Shown one piece after another: positions 1-10,096 of a stretch of 64,000 bases of DNA. The position numbers were made by a program, and so were the translations under genes. Origin of the DNA: Polyangiaceae bacterium (GTDB lineage Bacteria > Myxococcota_A > Polyangia > Polyangiales > Polyangiaceae). The DNA is taken from positions 480,001-544,000 of the forward strand of contig CBDCTZ010000014.1 of the NCBI GenBank assembly GCA_965222375.1. Direction: 5' to 3'. The notes under the pieces are model-generated. The model ran no database searches. It saw only the letters and a program-made list of their open reading frames with translations, and was not told where the DNA came from. Position 1 is the first letter of the stretch, and every line of letters begins with the position of its first letter.

Positions 1-1357
<1,357 letters not shown>

Positions 1358-1490
1358 GCCGCTCCCCTTGCCGTTGTGTGCCGCTGCCCCAGACCTCGAG
1401 TGTACGATGGATGGCGCGGCCGCGAAATGGAGGGAAATGTAGGCGCAACTCGAAAGCGTGAGCCGCGAGCCGCCGCGAGCGCGCGGTGGC

Positions 1491-1503
1491 GTGTCAGTGA
1501 CAC
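1491..1503. promoter_or_regulatory. Palindrome GTGTCA-G-TGACAC, candidate TA operator
   Basis: Perfect dyad about 30 nt upstream of the mntA ATG, next to a CATACT -10-like box at 1518-1523. Confidence 0.4.
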
Positions 1504-1531
1504 CAACGCCCGTGGGCATACTAGCTCCCAC

Positions 1532-1972
1532 ATGGAACCGACGCGGGAATCATCGACGGTCCCAGGCCGCGCCGGGCGCGACGCCGTGGTGGAGACGCTA
1601 CGTCACTTTTTCGAAACGAATTCGAACGAATTTGCTGCGGTTTATCTCTTTGGCAGCACGGCTCGGGGAACGGACCGACCGAACAGCGACGTCGACATTG
1701 CGGTGCTCCGTCACCATGCCGTCGCGACCCCCGTTGCTCGGCTGCATGCCGATCTAGCCGGCGCGCTGGAACGCATGCTCGAACGCCCGGTCGAAGTCAT
1801 CGATCTGGAACATGCGCCCGTCGACTTGGCGCACCGCGTCCTTGCCGATGCGGTCCTGATTCACGAAACGGATGCTTCGAAGCGAATCGCGGTGGAAACC
1901 CGGCGCCGCGCTGAGTATTTCGACATGGCGCCGATTCTAGCTGAGTACCGTCGTCCCCCGAGCGCGCGATGA
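1532..1972 (+). CDS. mntA: MNT nucleotidyltransferase antitoxin (type VII TA, MntA-like)
   Basis: VYLFGSTARGTDRPNSDVDIAV matches GSX10DXD; ATGA overlap with the HEPN gene. Confidence 0.88.
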   Translation: MEPTRESSTVPGRAGRDAVVETLRHFFETNSNEFAAVYLFGSTARGTDRPNSDVDIAVLRHHAVATPVARLHADLAGALERMLERPVEVIDLEHAPVDLAHRVLADAVLIHETDASKRIAVETRRRAEYFDMAPILAEYRRPPSAR

Positions 1973-2377
1973 CCGACGCCGAACTCGTCGCGAAGAAGCT
2001 GGCGCTGATCGAGACGTATGTTGCCGAGTTGCAGCGCCTGGCGCGTCCCGAGCTGATTGCGTCCGATCTGCGGGAGCGCCGATTCGTGGAGCATACATTG
2101 CAGACCGCCATCCAGGCGGCGCTTGATGTCGCGTCCCACATCGTCTCGGATGAACGCTTGGGTGAGCCGCGCACGAACCAGGCGCTGTTTGACCAGCTCG
2201 CGCGGGCCAGCTGGCTCACCGAAGACCTGGCGGGAGCGATGCGACGTGCGGTGGGGCTTTCGCAACGTCATCGTTCACGGCTACTCTGCCGTTGACATCG
2301 ACATCGTTCGCGACGTGCTCCAGCACCACTTGCCGGACTTGCTGGCGTTCGTGGCCGCCGTCCGCGCACGCATCTGA
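1969..2377 (+). pseudogene. hepT: HEPN/DUF86 RNase toxin (HepT-like), frameshifted near 2253-2256
   Basis: The N-terminal part (ORF 1969..2295) joins a C-terminal part GFRNVIVHGY...ARI (RX4H motif) in another frame. Removing one G from GTGGGGCTTT fuses them. Confidence 0.85.
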
Positions 2378-2540
2378 CCAATTCGGGATCAAGAGGCCGG
2401 TCGCTGGTCCGGGGCAGCTCCGGGGCCGCGCCCTCGGGCGTGGCGGCGTTGGCGAAAGGCACAGCTGGGCGAGCAGGAGGGCGTGCGGGGTAGGAGAAGG
2501 ACGCGAGGCCGAAGCGGGCTGAGAGGCGCGAGGGGTGGAG

Positions 2541-2582
2541 ACGAGTACGAGTACGAGTAGGAGTACTAGAACGAGTACGACT
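2541..2582. repeat. Degenerate hexamer tandem repeat (ACGAGT)x7
   Basis: Units are acgagt x3, aggagt, actaga, acgagt, acgact; intergenic. Confidence 0.8.
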
Positions 2583-2646
2583 CATTAGGGCGAGTGTGGC
2601 CGACGAAGCGCCGACGGGCCGCTCCAAATGGAGGTAGCGTGGTGGG

Positions 2647-3384
2647 GTGAGGTTTGGGTTCGGGTTGGTGATGGTCGTACTGGCAGTGTCCGGTTGCGAC
2701 GCTTGTGACAAGAAGAAGTCAGCGAATCGGTCCGCGCCGGGTCCGTCCCGTACCGAGTGTAGCGTCGCCGAAGATTGCGCGGACGACAGCCCGTGCACCC
2801 TCGAGGCGTGTTTGGACGGACACTGCGCCGTCACCCCCGTGGAGCAGGGCACGAGTTGCGACAATGACGACGTGTGCGACGGCGTAGCGCGCTGTGATGC
2901 GCGGGGGCGCTGCGTCGCGGGCGCTGTGCCGAAACTGGACGATGGCAACCCCTGCACCCTGGATGAATGTGACAAGGTCAGCGGCGTCAGCCACAAGCCC
3001 GTGGACGTTGACGACTTCGACGCCTGCACCGAAGATGCCTGTGATCCCGTCAGCGGGCACATCACCCACGAGCCCGTCGACATCGACGACGGGGACGACT
3101 GCACCTTCGATAGCTGTGATCCCAAAACCGGTGTGGCGCACCGGCGACCGAAATCCATCTACACCTGTGATGCCAGCTGCGGGGACGGCTTCCATGCCGT
3201 CTCGCGGCGCCCGAGTCCGAGCTGTGGCGGCCGAGGCGCGCTGCAGACCTTCTGCGTCCCCGATTGTGGGCCCTCGTTCTATCTGTGCGGCACGACCTGC
3301 CCCAAGGGCTACCGCGGGTCCAAACCGAAGCTCAGAGCGCAGTGCGGTGCCAAGCCCTCGCCCCAGACCTTCTGCGTCAAATAG
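2647..3384 (+). CDS. Cys-rich lipoprotein with CDDxNPCTxDxC (Dicty_CTDC-like) repeats
   Basis: Lipobox VSGC; repeats DDSPCTLEAC, DDGNPCTLDEC, DDFDACTEDAC, DDGDDCTFDSC; GGAGG upstream. Confidence 0.75.
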   Translation: MRFGFGLVMVVLAVSGCDACDKKKSANRSAPGPSRTECSVAEDCADDSPCTLEACLDGHCAVTPVEQGTSCDNDDVCDGVARCDARGRCVAGAVPKLDDGNPCTLDECDKVSGVSHKPVDVDDFDACTEDACDPVSGHITHEPVDIDDGDDCTFDSCDPKTGVAHRRPKSIYTCDASCGDGFHAVSRRPSPSCGGRGALQTFCVPDCGPSFYLCGTTCPKGYRGSKPKLRAQCGAKPSPQTFCVK

Positions 3385-3457
3385 CCGACAAGACACGGCA
3401 TTTTGTGGTGCTCGCCCAGCGCAGGCGCGCCACGTCGATCGTGCTACACCGCTGGCC

Positions 3458-4501
3458 ATGTTCATGCGGGTCGCTTCCTTCGCAGCCGTGTTCATGCTGG
3501 CCGTCGCGTGTCGAAGCGAAAGCGACGCCACCGGTGGCGGCGGCCCGGGCTTGGACGCTTCCGCCGATTCGGGTTCCGGGGGTAGCGGTGGCAGCGCCGG
3601 GGCAGTGGGAGCCGGGGGCTTTGCCGGATCCGCTGCGGCCGGCGGGAGCGCTGGCGCAGATGCCGGCGGCGACGCCGCGAGTGGCGCGCCGGAGGTCATC
3701 CTGGGCACCTTCAACCTGCACAACTTCAGCAAGTACGGCGACGCCGAGTTCCGCATCGACGACATCGCGACGAAGATCGACGAAGTGAACGCCGACGTGC
3801 TGGGCGTTCAAGAGCTCAAAGTGAAGGAGGGCACGACCGGCGCGCCACCTCAGGCCTGGGACGCGCTTCTGACCAAGCTGCCCACGCGTGACGGGACGCA
3901 CGGGAAGTGGAATACCTTTGATTCCACCGTGGGTTTCATTTGGAATACCGCCACCACCACCCTGCTCTCCGAGCAGAGCTTGTTCGAAAGCGACAACTAC
4001 GCCTTCCCCCGCGCCCCATTGCATGCTCGCTTTCGTGTGAGCAAGCAGGGCGCAGCCACCGAGGTCAACGTGATCGTGGTGCACCTCAAGGCGTTTCAGA
4101 GTTCCTATGAGCGGCGGCGGGACGCCTGCAAGAAGCTTCGCGGCTTCATCGACGGCCAGAGCGACAAACATTTCGTCGTGCTCGGGGATTTCAACGACGA
4201 CCCTTACGATGGCCCTGCCGACAACAGCTACGTCGGAACGTTCTTGGACCAACAGCCGGCCTATCACTTCCTGACCCAGCAGCTGCCGCCGGTTTCCGTC
4301 ACCAGCACGGGTTTCTACCACTACGTGAACGGCAAGAAGATCACCGGTGAGTTCCTGGACCACGTCATCGCCACCGGCGAGTGGGTAGATAACTTCACCA
4401 GCGCCACGCCGAAGATCTTTTCCGTGCCCGAGAGCGGCTATGCAGCCTGGGAAAAGGACTACTCGGATCACTTCCCGGTGATCGTCACCTTCACGCCCTG
4501 A
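3458..4501 (+). CDS. Endonuclease/exonuclease/phosphatase (DNase I-like) lipoprotein
   Basis: Lipobox AVAC, Gly-rich linker, motifs TFNLHNF, DVLGVQE, VHLKA, GDFND, LDHV, SDHFPV. Confidence 0.88.
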   Translation: MFMRVASFAAVFMLAVACRSESDATGGGGPGLDASADSGSGGSGGSAGAVGAGGFAGSAAAGGSAGADAGGDAASGAPEVILGTFNLHNFSKYGDAEFRIDDIATKIDEVNADVLGVQELKVKEGTTGAPPQAWDALLTKLPTRDGTHGKWNTFDSTVGFIWNTATTTLLSEQSLFESDNYAFPRAPLHARFRVSKQGAATEVNVIVVHLKAFQSSYERRRDACKKLRGFIDGQSDKHFVVLGDFNDDPYDGPADNSYVGTFLDQQPAYHFLTQQLPPVSVTSTGFYHYVNGKKITGEFLDHVIATGEWVDNFTSATPKIFSVPESGYAAWEKDYSDHFPVIVTFTP

Positions 4502-4515
4502 GGCAGCTGCGTCCC

Positions 4516-5160
4516 TCAGCCGGAAAAGCCCGCTTGGGAAGCGAGCAGCATCTGCGCGAAGAAGTAGACGGGTAGCCCCCAGGCTCGATTGATGAAGCTC
4601 TGAGACACGAAGCGGTGGCGCGCCACGGCCAAGTCGGAAAGGTAGAACGCGACCGCGCCGACCAAGAGCAGCCCATTGCCAGAAGTCAGCGCGGCTCCGG
4701 TGGCCAGAGCGACCATGGACGAGATCACCAACACGTAAGCCAGGACCGGTCCGCGCATGGGGCGCTCCACATGCGGCCACAACCAGCGCAATACGATGGC
4801 GCCAGCGATGACGACTCCGGCACCCGCTGCGGCGGTGCCCAAGGGGTGAATGCCAACGATGCCAAAGGCGAAGGCATAGGCGATGTGCCCGGCAAGAAAG
4901 GACACCAGCCCGCCCAAGAAGGCTCGCTTGTCCTTGGGGATCAGCAAAACATCGCCTGCCGCCGCCAGCACCAGACCAAGCACGAGCACCGAGCCGAATC
5001 GTGTTTCCAGACCCCCGGCCGAAAACCCAGTTGCGATGAAGGTCGCCGCTGCCAAGGGCTTGACTATCCACTCGAGCCAAGGGTGCTCGATCCGAACACA
5101 CCACAGAAGCAGTGCCACCAACATGGCCATCACCAGCCAGCCCAAGAGCATGGCGCGCAT
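4516..5160 (-). CDS. Lysoplasmalogenase, YhhN/TMEM86 family
   Basis: Multi-TM protein with KP, GDVLL, FLAGHIAY, AFYLSD, YFFAQ motifs. Confidence 0.85.
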   Translation of the reverse strand: MRAMLLGWLVMAMLVALLLWCVRIEHPWLEWIVKPLAAATFIATGFSAGGLETRFGSVLVLGLVLAAAGDVLLIPKDKRAFLGGLVSFLAGHIAYAFAFGIVGIHPLGTAAAGAGVVIAGAIVLRWLWPHVERPMRGPVLAYVLVISSMVALATGAALTSGNGLLLVGAVAFYLSDLAVARHRFVSQSFINRAWGLPVYFFAQMLLASQAGFSG

Positions 5161-5500
5161 TAGCACACAGCGAGACCACCTCGAAGGCTCGTGAGTGAAT
5201 ATCGCCCGCTGCATCGTTCACGAGGACCATGGTCGCCTCTGCGCTGCAGTGCAGGCCATGGCGGTCGCCCTAAACGTCCTTCGGGACGCCCGACGAGTTG
5301 GTTCATCGGTGTGCTGTGGATTTGGCCCTGCGTATGGTTGGCGGTTCGCGACTACGGCTTCGAGTTCAGCGGAAGTTTGTCGCTGCAAGGCCATGCCGAA
5401 TGGTTCTGGAGTCGCTGAGGGTTTGCGTGGGTAGCAAGTACAGAAACGGAAGCGTTCCTGGCGAGCTTGGGTCGACGGCTGTAGGGTGACGCCGGGAGCG

Positions 5501-6256
5501 ATGAGCGTGCACGACGCTGCGGAGCGCGGATTTTCGGCGGGCGTTGTCGCCTATGAACGAGGCCGGCCGTCGTACCCTCCGGGCGTCGTGCAACACCTGG
5601 TGCAGTGTTTCGGGTTGGGGCCTGAAACGCGAGTGCTCGACGTAGGAGCCGGAACTGGCAAGATGAGCGCGCTGCTCGAAGCTACCGGTGCGCAGGTGAC
5701 AGCGTTGGAGCCGGTCGTCGCCATGCGCGAAGCGCTGGCCGCCAATTGTCCAAAGGTGCAGGTGGTCGGCGGGAGCGCCGAGCAAACCGGGCTGCCCGAC
5801 GCTTGCGTCGATCTCGTCGTGGTCGCCCAGGCGTTTCATTGGTTCGACGCCTCGCATGCGACGTCTGAGCTATCCCGTGTGCTTTGCCCGAGTGGCGGGC
5901 TGGCGCTGATCTGGAACAGCCGGGATGCCCGGGAGCCCTGGGTCGCGGAGATGTCTCGCATCGTGCGCTGGAATGCGGGAACCATCCCGACCTACGACGC
6001 CGGGGACGAGGCTTGGATCGAGCGGGTGACCGCCGGCGGGCAATTCATCTCCAAGGGCGTGACGGAGCTGCCCTTCAGCCACCCACTGGACGCAGCAGGC
6101 CTGAGGGCCCGGGTACTGTCCATCAGTTACATCGCCAAGCTGAGCGCAGCGGAGCAGGAGCCGATCATGGCTCAGATTGACGAGCTCATCGCCGACCTCC
6201 CTGCGCGCTTTTCGCTGCCGTACCGCACGTTCATCTACGACTTCCAACGACGCTGA
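5501..6256 (+). CDS. Class I SAM-dependent methyltransferase
   Basis: YERGRPSYP, VLDVGAGTGK, AQAFHWFD. Confidence 0.9.
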   Translation: MSVHDAAERGFSAGVVAYERGRPSYPPGVVQHLVQCFGLGPETRVLDVGAGTGKMSALLEATGAQVTALEPVVAMREALAANCPKVQVVGGSAEQTGLPDACVDLVVVAQAFHWFDASHATSELSRVLCPSGGLALIWNSRDAREPWVAEMSRIVRWNAGTIPTYDAGDEAWIERVTAGGQFISKGVTELPFSHPLDAAGLRARVLSISYIAKLSAAEQEPIMAQIDELIADLPARFSLPYRTFIYDFQRR

Positions 6257-6433
6257 GGCGAGGCACGCGTGCGAGGGGGCAGGGACGTTTGCTGTGGGGG
6301 CCATTGCAGCTCTGTTGCTTCCCCAAAAACAAACGATTCGAGGCTCGTCCATCCTCGGCCGCCCTGCCCCAACGTTGTCAAATTCCCACGCTGTGCCTTG
6401 ACCTCATGCGGTGGGGAGAGTTGGCTCTTGCCA

Positions 6434-7615
6434 GTGAAAGCGCTCGAGTGTCCCAAGTGTGGCGCACCGGTCCGAGGCGGTGCCGACCTGCGCCAGGCCA
6501 CCTGCCGCTTCTGTGGCACGAGTCTGGTTCGAGAGCAGCGCCCAGTCAGGCCCCAGCCGGCGGCGCCTGCCCTAGGTGGCAAGCAGGGTTTGATCGTGGT
6601 GGCGGCACTGGCTGGAGTCGTGGTGCTAGGTGTTGCCGTAGCGCTGGTGGCCAAGCCGAGCGGGCGGATCCAGGCGCAGGGCAGCGCCAAGGCAGCTGAA
6701 GGCGCAACTGTGGCAGCGGCGGAGCTTGCGACCTTGTCGCCAGCGCAGAGCGCGGACGCCGTGGCAAAGCAGCTCGGCGCTTCAGTTCGGGACGGAGCCC
6801 ACGTCGATGTCGCCGTGCGAGATTCGCCGGTCGAGCGCGTGCACTTTCGCTGGGAAGAAAAGGACCATCTCACAGGGGTCAATCTGTCGCTGCGCAGCGA
6901 TGCGAAACGACAGTTCATCGTGGCTTCGTTGCAGAAGCAGCTGGGCCGCGCTTTTGTCCCCGCGGCAAGTGGACATCGGGTGTCCGTGGACGGCGTCGGC
7001 TTGACCCTGTCGAGCACCCTTTCCGTCAGGGCGCACTCCCGCAAAGATCCGCGCTGGAAAGCGCGGTTCGCCGCGCTTTTTGCGGCGCTGAAACAGGCCG
7101 CGTTCGGCGGACAAGGTTCTCTCACCCTTCAGGCGCGCCGGGACACGCTGAACTTGGGCTACGACCTCGTCGATCTCAAACGCGTCGCGCCGTCTATGCC
7201 CCTCGAGTCTTCGGGGCAGGGGGTGCGCGCGGTCTTTCCGGGGGCGGATGTCAAAGGTGCTGCAGTGAAGGTCGGCCTGGAGCATCCCTGGTTTTCCTAC
7301 GCCGCGCTGAATTGGCGCAACGAGGCTCGGGGCAAGTTGTCTCACGTGAATCTGTACTTTTGGACTCACGCTTCCTCCAAGCCACAGATGCAAGCGGTAG
7401 AGAAGTGCCTGACTCCGAGCCTCTCGGCCCCGAAACGCCAGGTGATGGACCATGCGGCGGGCAAGTACAATCTGGACTGGCCCGCGAAGTCCGGTCTACC
7501 GCGGGTGCACGTCACACCGCAGCTAGTCATGGTCTTTCCCAACGAGCGGGCCAGGACGCGGACGACCCAAGCGGGTTGGGCGAAGCTCTACGATGCCTTA
7601 GCCGGCTGCGGTTAG
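6434..7615 (+). CDS. Zinc-ribbon, single TM, exported-domain hypothetical protein
   Basis: CPKCG...CRFCG at the N-terminus followed by a hydrophobic helix; GTG start after GGGGAG. Confidence 0.7.
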   Translation: MKALECPKCGAPVRGGADLRQATCRFCGTSLVREQRPVRPQPAAPALGGKQGLIVVAALAGVVVLGVAVALVAKPSGRIQAQGSAKAAEGATVAAAELATLSPAQSADAVAKQLGASVRDGAHVDVAVRDSPVERVHFRWEEKDHLTGVNLSLRSDAKRQFIVASLQKQLGRAFVPAASGHRVSVDGVGLTLSSTLSVRAHSRKDPRWKARFAALFAALKQAAFGGQGSLTLQARRDTLNLGYDLVDLKRVAPSMPLESSGQGVRAVFPGADVKGAAVKVGLEHPWFSYAALNWRNEARGKLSHVNLYFWTHASSKPQMQAVEKCLTPSLSAPKRQVMDHAAGKYNLDWPAKSGLPRVHVTPQLVMVFPNERARTRTTQAGWAKLYDALAGCG

Positions 7616-7640
7616 AGTCCACGACTCGCGGCGCGCGGCT

Positions 7641-8971
7641 TCAATCTCGCGGGGCGGGCACGTTGCCCGCTTTCAATAGCTCGGTCATGGCGCGGATCAT
7701 GGGCTCCACGTCCGCCACCGCGGCGCCTTCGCGACAAGAGTGCATGCTGTGCATTGGGTTGCCGACGTCGATGGTTCGCAGGCCAAGCATGGCCGCCGAG
7801 ATGGGCCCAATCGTGCTGCCGCAGGGCTGGTCGTTGCGGGACACGAAGCGCTGGGTCTTGACGTCGAGGCCGCGACAGACCTCTTCGAACCAAGCCTCGC
7901 TGGGTCCGTCGGTGGCGTAACTCTGGTTCGCGTTCACTTTGATCACGGGGCCTTGACCCAACTTGGGGGCATTCACTTTATCGTGCTTTTCGAGTAGTTA
8001 GGGTGCAAGGCGTGGGCCATGTCCGCACTGATCAACAGGGAGCGGGCTCGGGCCCGGGCGGGAGCCTGGCCACTGGCATCGGTGGGCACCGTGCTGAGTC
8101 GCTCCAGTACTGAGCTGAGGAAGCGCGAGCGCGCACCTGCCGCACTTTGGCTCCCGACCTCTTCGTGATCGTAGAGGGCCACCACACGCGTCATCGACCC
8201 GGCGTCGCCGGCTGCGATCAAGGCTGTAATGGCGGCGTGACACGACGCGAGGTTGTCGAGGCGCGGCGCGAAGATCAACTCGCTGCGCGCGCCGCCGATA
8301 GCCGCGGGCTGGGTGTCGTAGAGACACAGATCGTAGCCGGTAATGTCCTCGGGCTTCACCTTGTCGCCCTGTGCGCTCAGCTCCTCGGAAACCAGTACGG
8401 AAAGTTTGGTGCTGTCCGCTTTGCCGTCCAAGGCGCTCAGGGGCATCAGGTGTTTTTGGGCGTTCAGTTGAAGCCCCTTCGAGTTCACTTCACGCTCCAG
8501 GTGGATCGCGACGTTGGGAATGCGCAGCATGGGACGCTCGAATCGCAGCAATCGGGTGCCAGCGCCCTTGATGGATACGCGTCCTGCGATGGACAGATCC
8601 CGATCCAGCCAGGTGCTCCACAGCACGCCGCCATAGACTTCGACGGCAACTTGCCGGTGGCCAGCTGCAGTGACGTCTGCAACGGGTTTGACCCGCAGGT
8701 TCGGAGAGTCCGTGTGAGCGCCGATGAGCAAAAAGCCGGTCTCTTCGGGGGCGCCGGTGCCGGCGACGAAAGCAACCAGGGTCCCGCCGCCTTTGATCAC
8801 GTAGTGCTTTGCGCCGGGATCGATTTTCCAGACGTCGCGCTCGTCCAACTCCGTGAAGCCCTCGGCCTTCAGACGTTCGGCAGTGTGGGCGACGGCGTGA
8901 TAGGGCGTCGGGCCGGCATCGATGTAGGCCAGCAGATCTCGGGCGCTTTTATCGGGGCTCGCGTCACTCAT
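7641..8971 (-). pseudogene. M18 family aspartyl aminopeptidase, frameshifted near 7987-7991
   Basis: GAHTDSP, RLDNLASC, DHEEVGS, SADMAHALHPNY in one frame; GPVIKVNANQSYAT, PCGSTIGP, HSMHSCRE in the next. One base is missing at the junction. Confidence 0.88.
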
Positions 8972-8978
8972 GGCGGGG

Positions 8979-8986
8979 ACTATACT
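8979..8986. promoter_or_regulatory. Overlapping divergent -10 boxes (TATAGT on -, TATACT on +)
   Basis: Located in the 26-bp gap between divergent start codons at 8971 and 8998. Confidence 0.6.
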
Positions 8987-8997
8987 CCGCGCCGGCC

Positions 8998-10074
8998 GTG
9001 CTGACCCCTGACGTGCGCTTGGAAGGTTTCACCACCGAGGATTGGACTCGCCTCGCGGCGGTTGTGCGCGCGCCAACCTTCCCGGCGGAGCATGACGACC
9101 CAACCCGGGTAGGCGGGGATGCTCCGGAGGTGGCTGCCCCAGGGTATGAGCGCGACAAGAAACCTCAGGGCGGACTACTCGTCGTGACCATGGGAGAGCG
9201 GCTGCGGAAGTTGATCAGTACCGTCAGCGGCCGCTTGGACATTGGCGGCGTGCCCTGGCCCGAGGAGCTGCCCGCTCTTGTCGCGCGCCACAATGCTCGC
9301 TGGGCGGTCCAGATCGAAACCGGTGCGCTGGAAGAGTTGATGGAGCGCTTCGCGGACCGCCTGCGTCGTGAGCATGACGGCCTGGAGCAGAGCCTGATCT
9401 TCGTCGGTGTCTTGCGAGAACTGGAGCAAGAGGGCCGAGTGCGTGTGCACCCCTGGCGTATGGCCAGCTGGCCCGTGCCGAACCATCGAGTCATGATGCG
9501 AGTGCTGGACGCCATCTGTCCTGATGGCAAGAGCATTGGCGTGGGCGCTTTCGACAAAGGCGAGCTGTTCACCGCCTTGGTATTGCGCAGAAAGGGCCAG
9601 GCTTTCGACTTGGTGCTGGGCCCCGACCAATTGCGCAACGAGATGGGCTTGCTGTCCGGGGACTGGCAGCGAGATTACCGATACTTGGTGCGGGCTGCGG
9701 AGGTGCGCGCGGCGCCGCTTGCTCTCGGCTGCTTCGGTGAGGTCGATACCCTGCGCCGTTTGTTGCACCGCCCGGCGCCCGGAGCTTGGGCTGCAGCGGT
9801 TGCCGCACGTGACGTGGTGGTTTCGCCCGCTCCCGCGACGGTGGCGTTGCCCCTCGGCTTGGACGTAGGGCGCTTTGCCTTCGTTGCTGTGCGGGACTTG
9901 GCTTCACGGGCTGGGGCGGCGGGCTGGTTTGGTGAAGAAAGCCCGCTGTTCCCCTTGTTTCAGAGCGTTCGGGATTTTTCCGGGGTGGACCGGGACATCA
10001 GCTCGTTGCTGGGCTTTGACCCCATGCAGCTGATTTCTCGCCTCTTCGGCAAGAACGATGAGCAATCTCCTTAG
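8998..10074 (+). CDS. Hypothetical protein
   Basis: 358-aa ORF with normal composition, directly upstream of a histidine kinase. Confidence 0.75.
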   Translation: MLTPDVRLEGFTTEDWTRLAAVVRAPTFPAEHDDPTRVGGDAPEVAAPGYERDKKPQGGLLVVTMGERLRKLISTVSGRLDIGGVPWPEELPALVARHNARWAVQIETGALEELMERFADRLRREHDGLEQSLIFVGVLRELEQEGRVRVHPWRMASWPVPNHRVMMRVLDAICPDGKSIGVGAFDKGELFTALVLRRKGQAFDLVLGPDQLRNEMGLLSGDWQRDYRYLVRAAEVRAAPLALGCFGEVDTLRRLLHRPAPGAWAAAVAARDVVVSPAPATVALPLGLDVGRFAFVAVRDLASRAGAAGWFGEESPLFPLFQSVRDFSGVDRDISSLLGFDPMQLISRLFGKNDEQSP

Positions 10075-10096
10075 CCCAGCAAGGTAGACTCCGCCC

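Noticed and set aside
2531..2540. AGGGGTGGAG identical to the tRNA-Ala 3' end and flank (47433-47442), possible att site
   Set aside because: Only 10 bp, no integrase, and the interval contains core genes.
2541..2582. Possible CRISPR array
   Set aside because: Tandem hexamers without spacers; no cas genes in the window.
5191..5489. Short ORFs between the YhhN and methyltransferase genes
   Set aside because: No recognisable motif or start signal; the candidates overlap each other.
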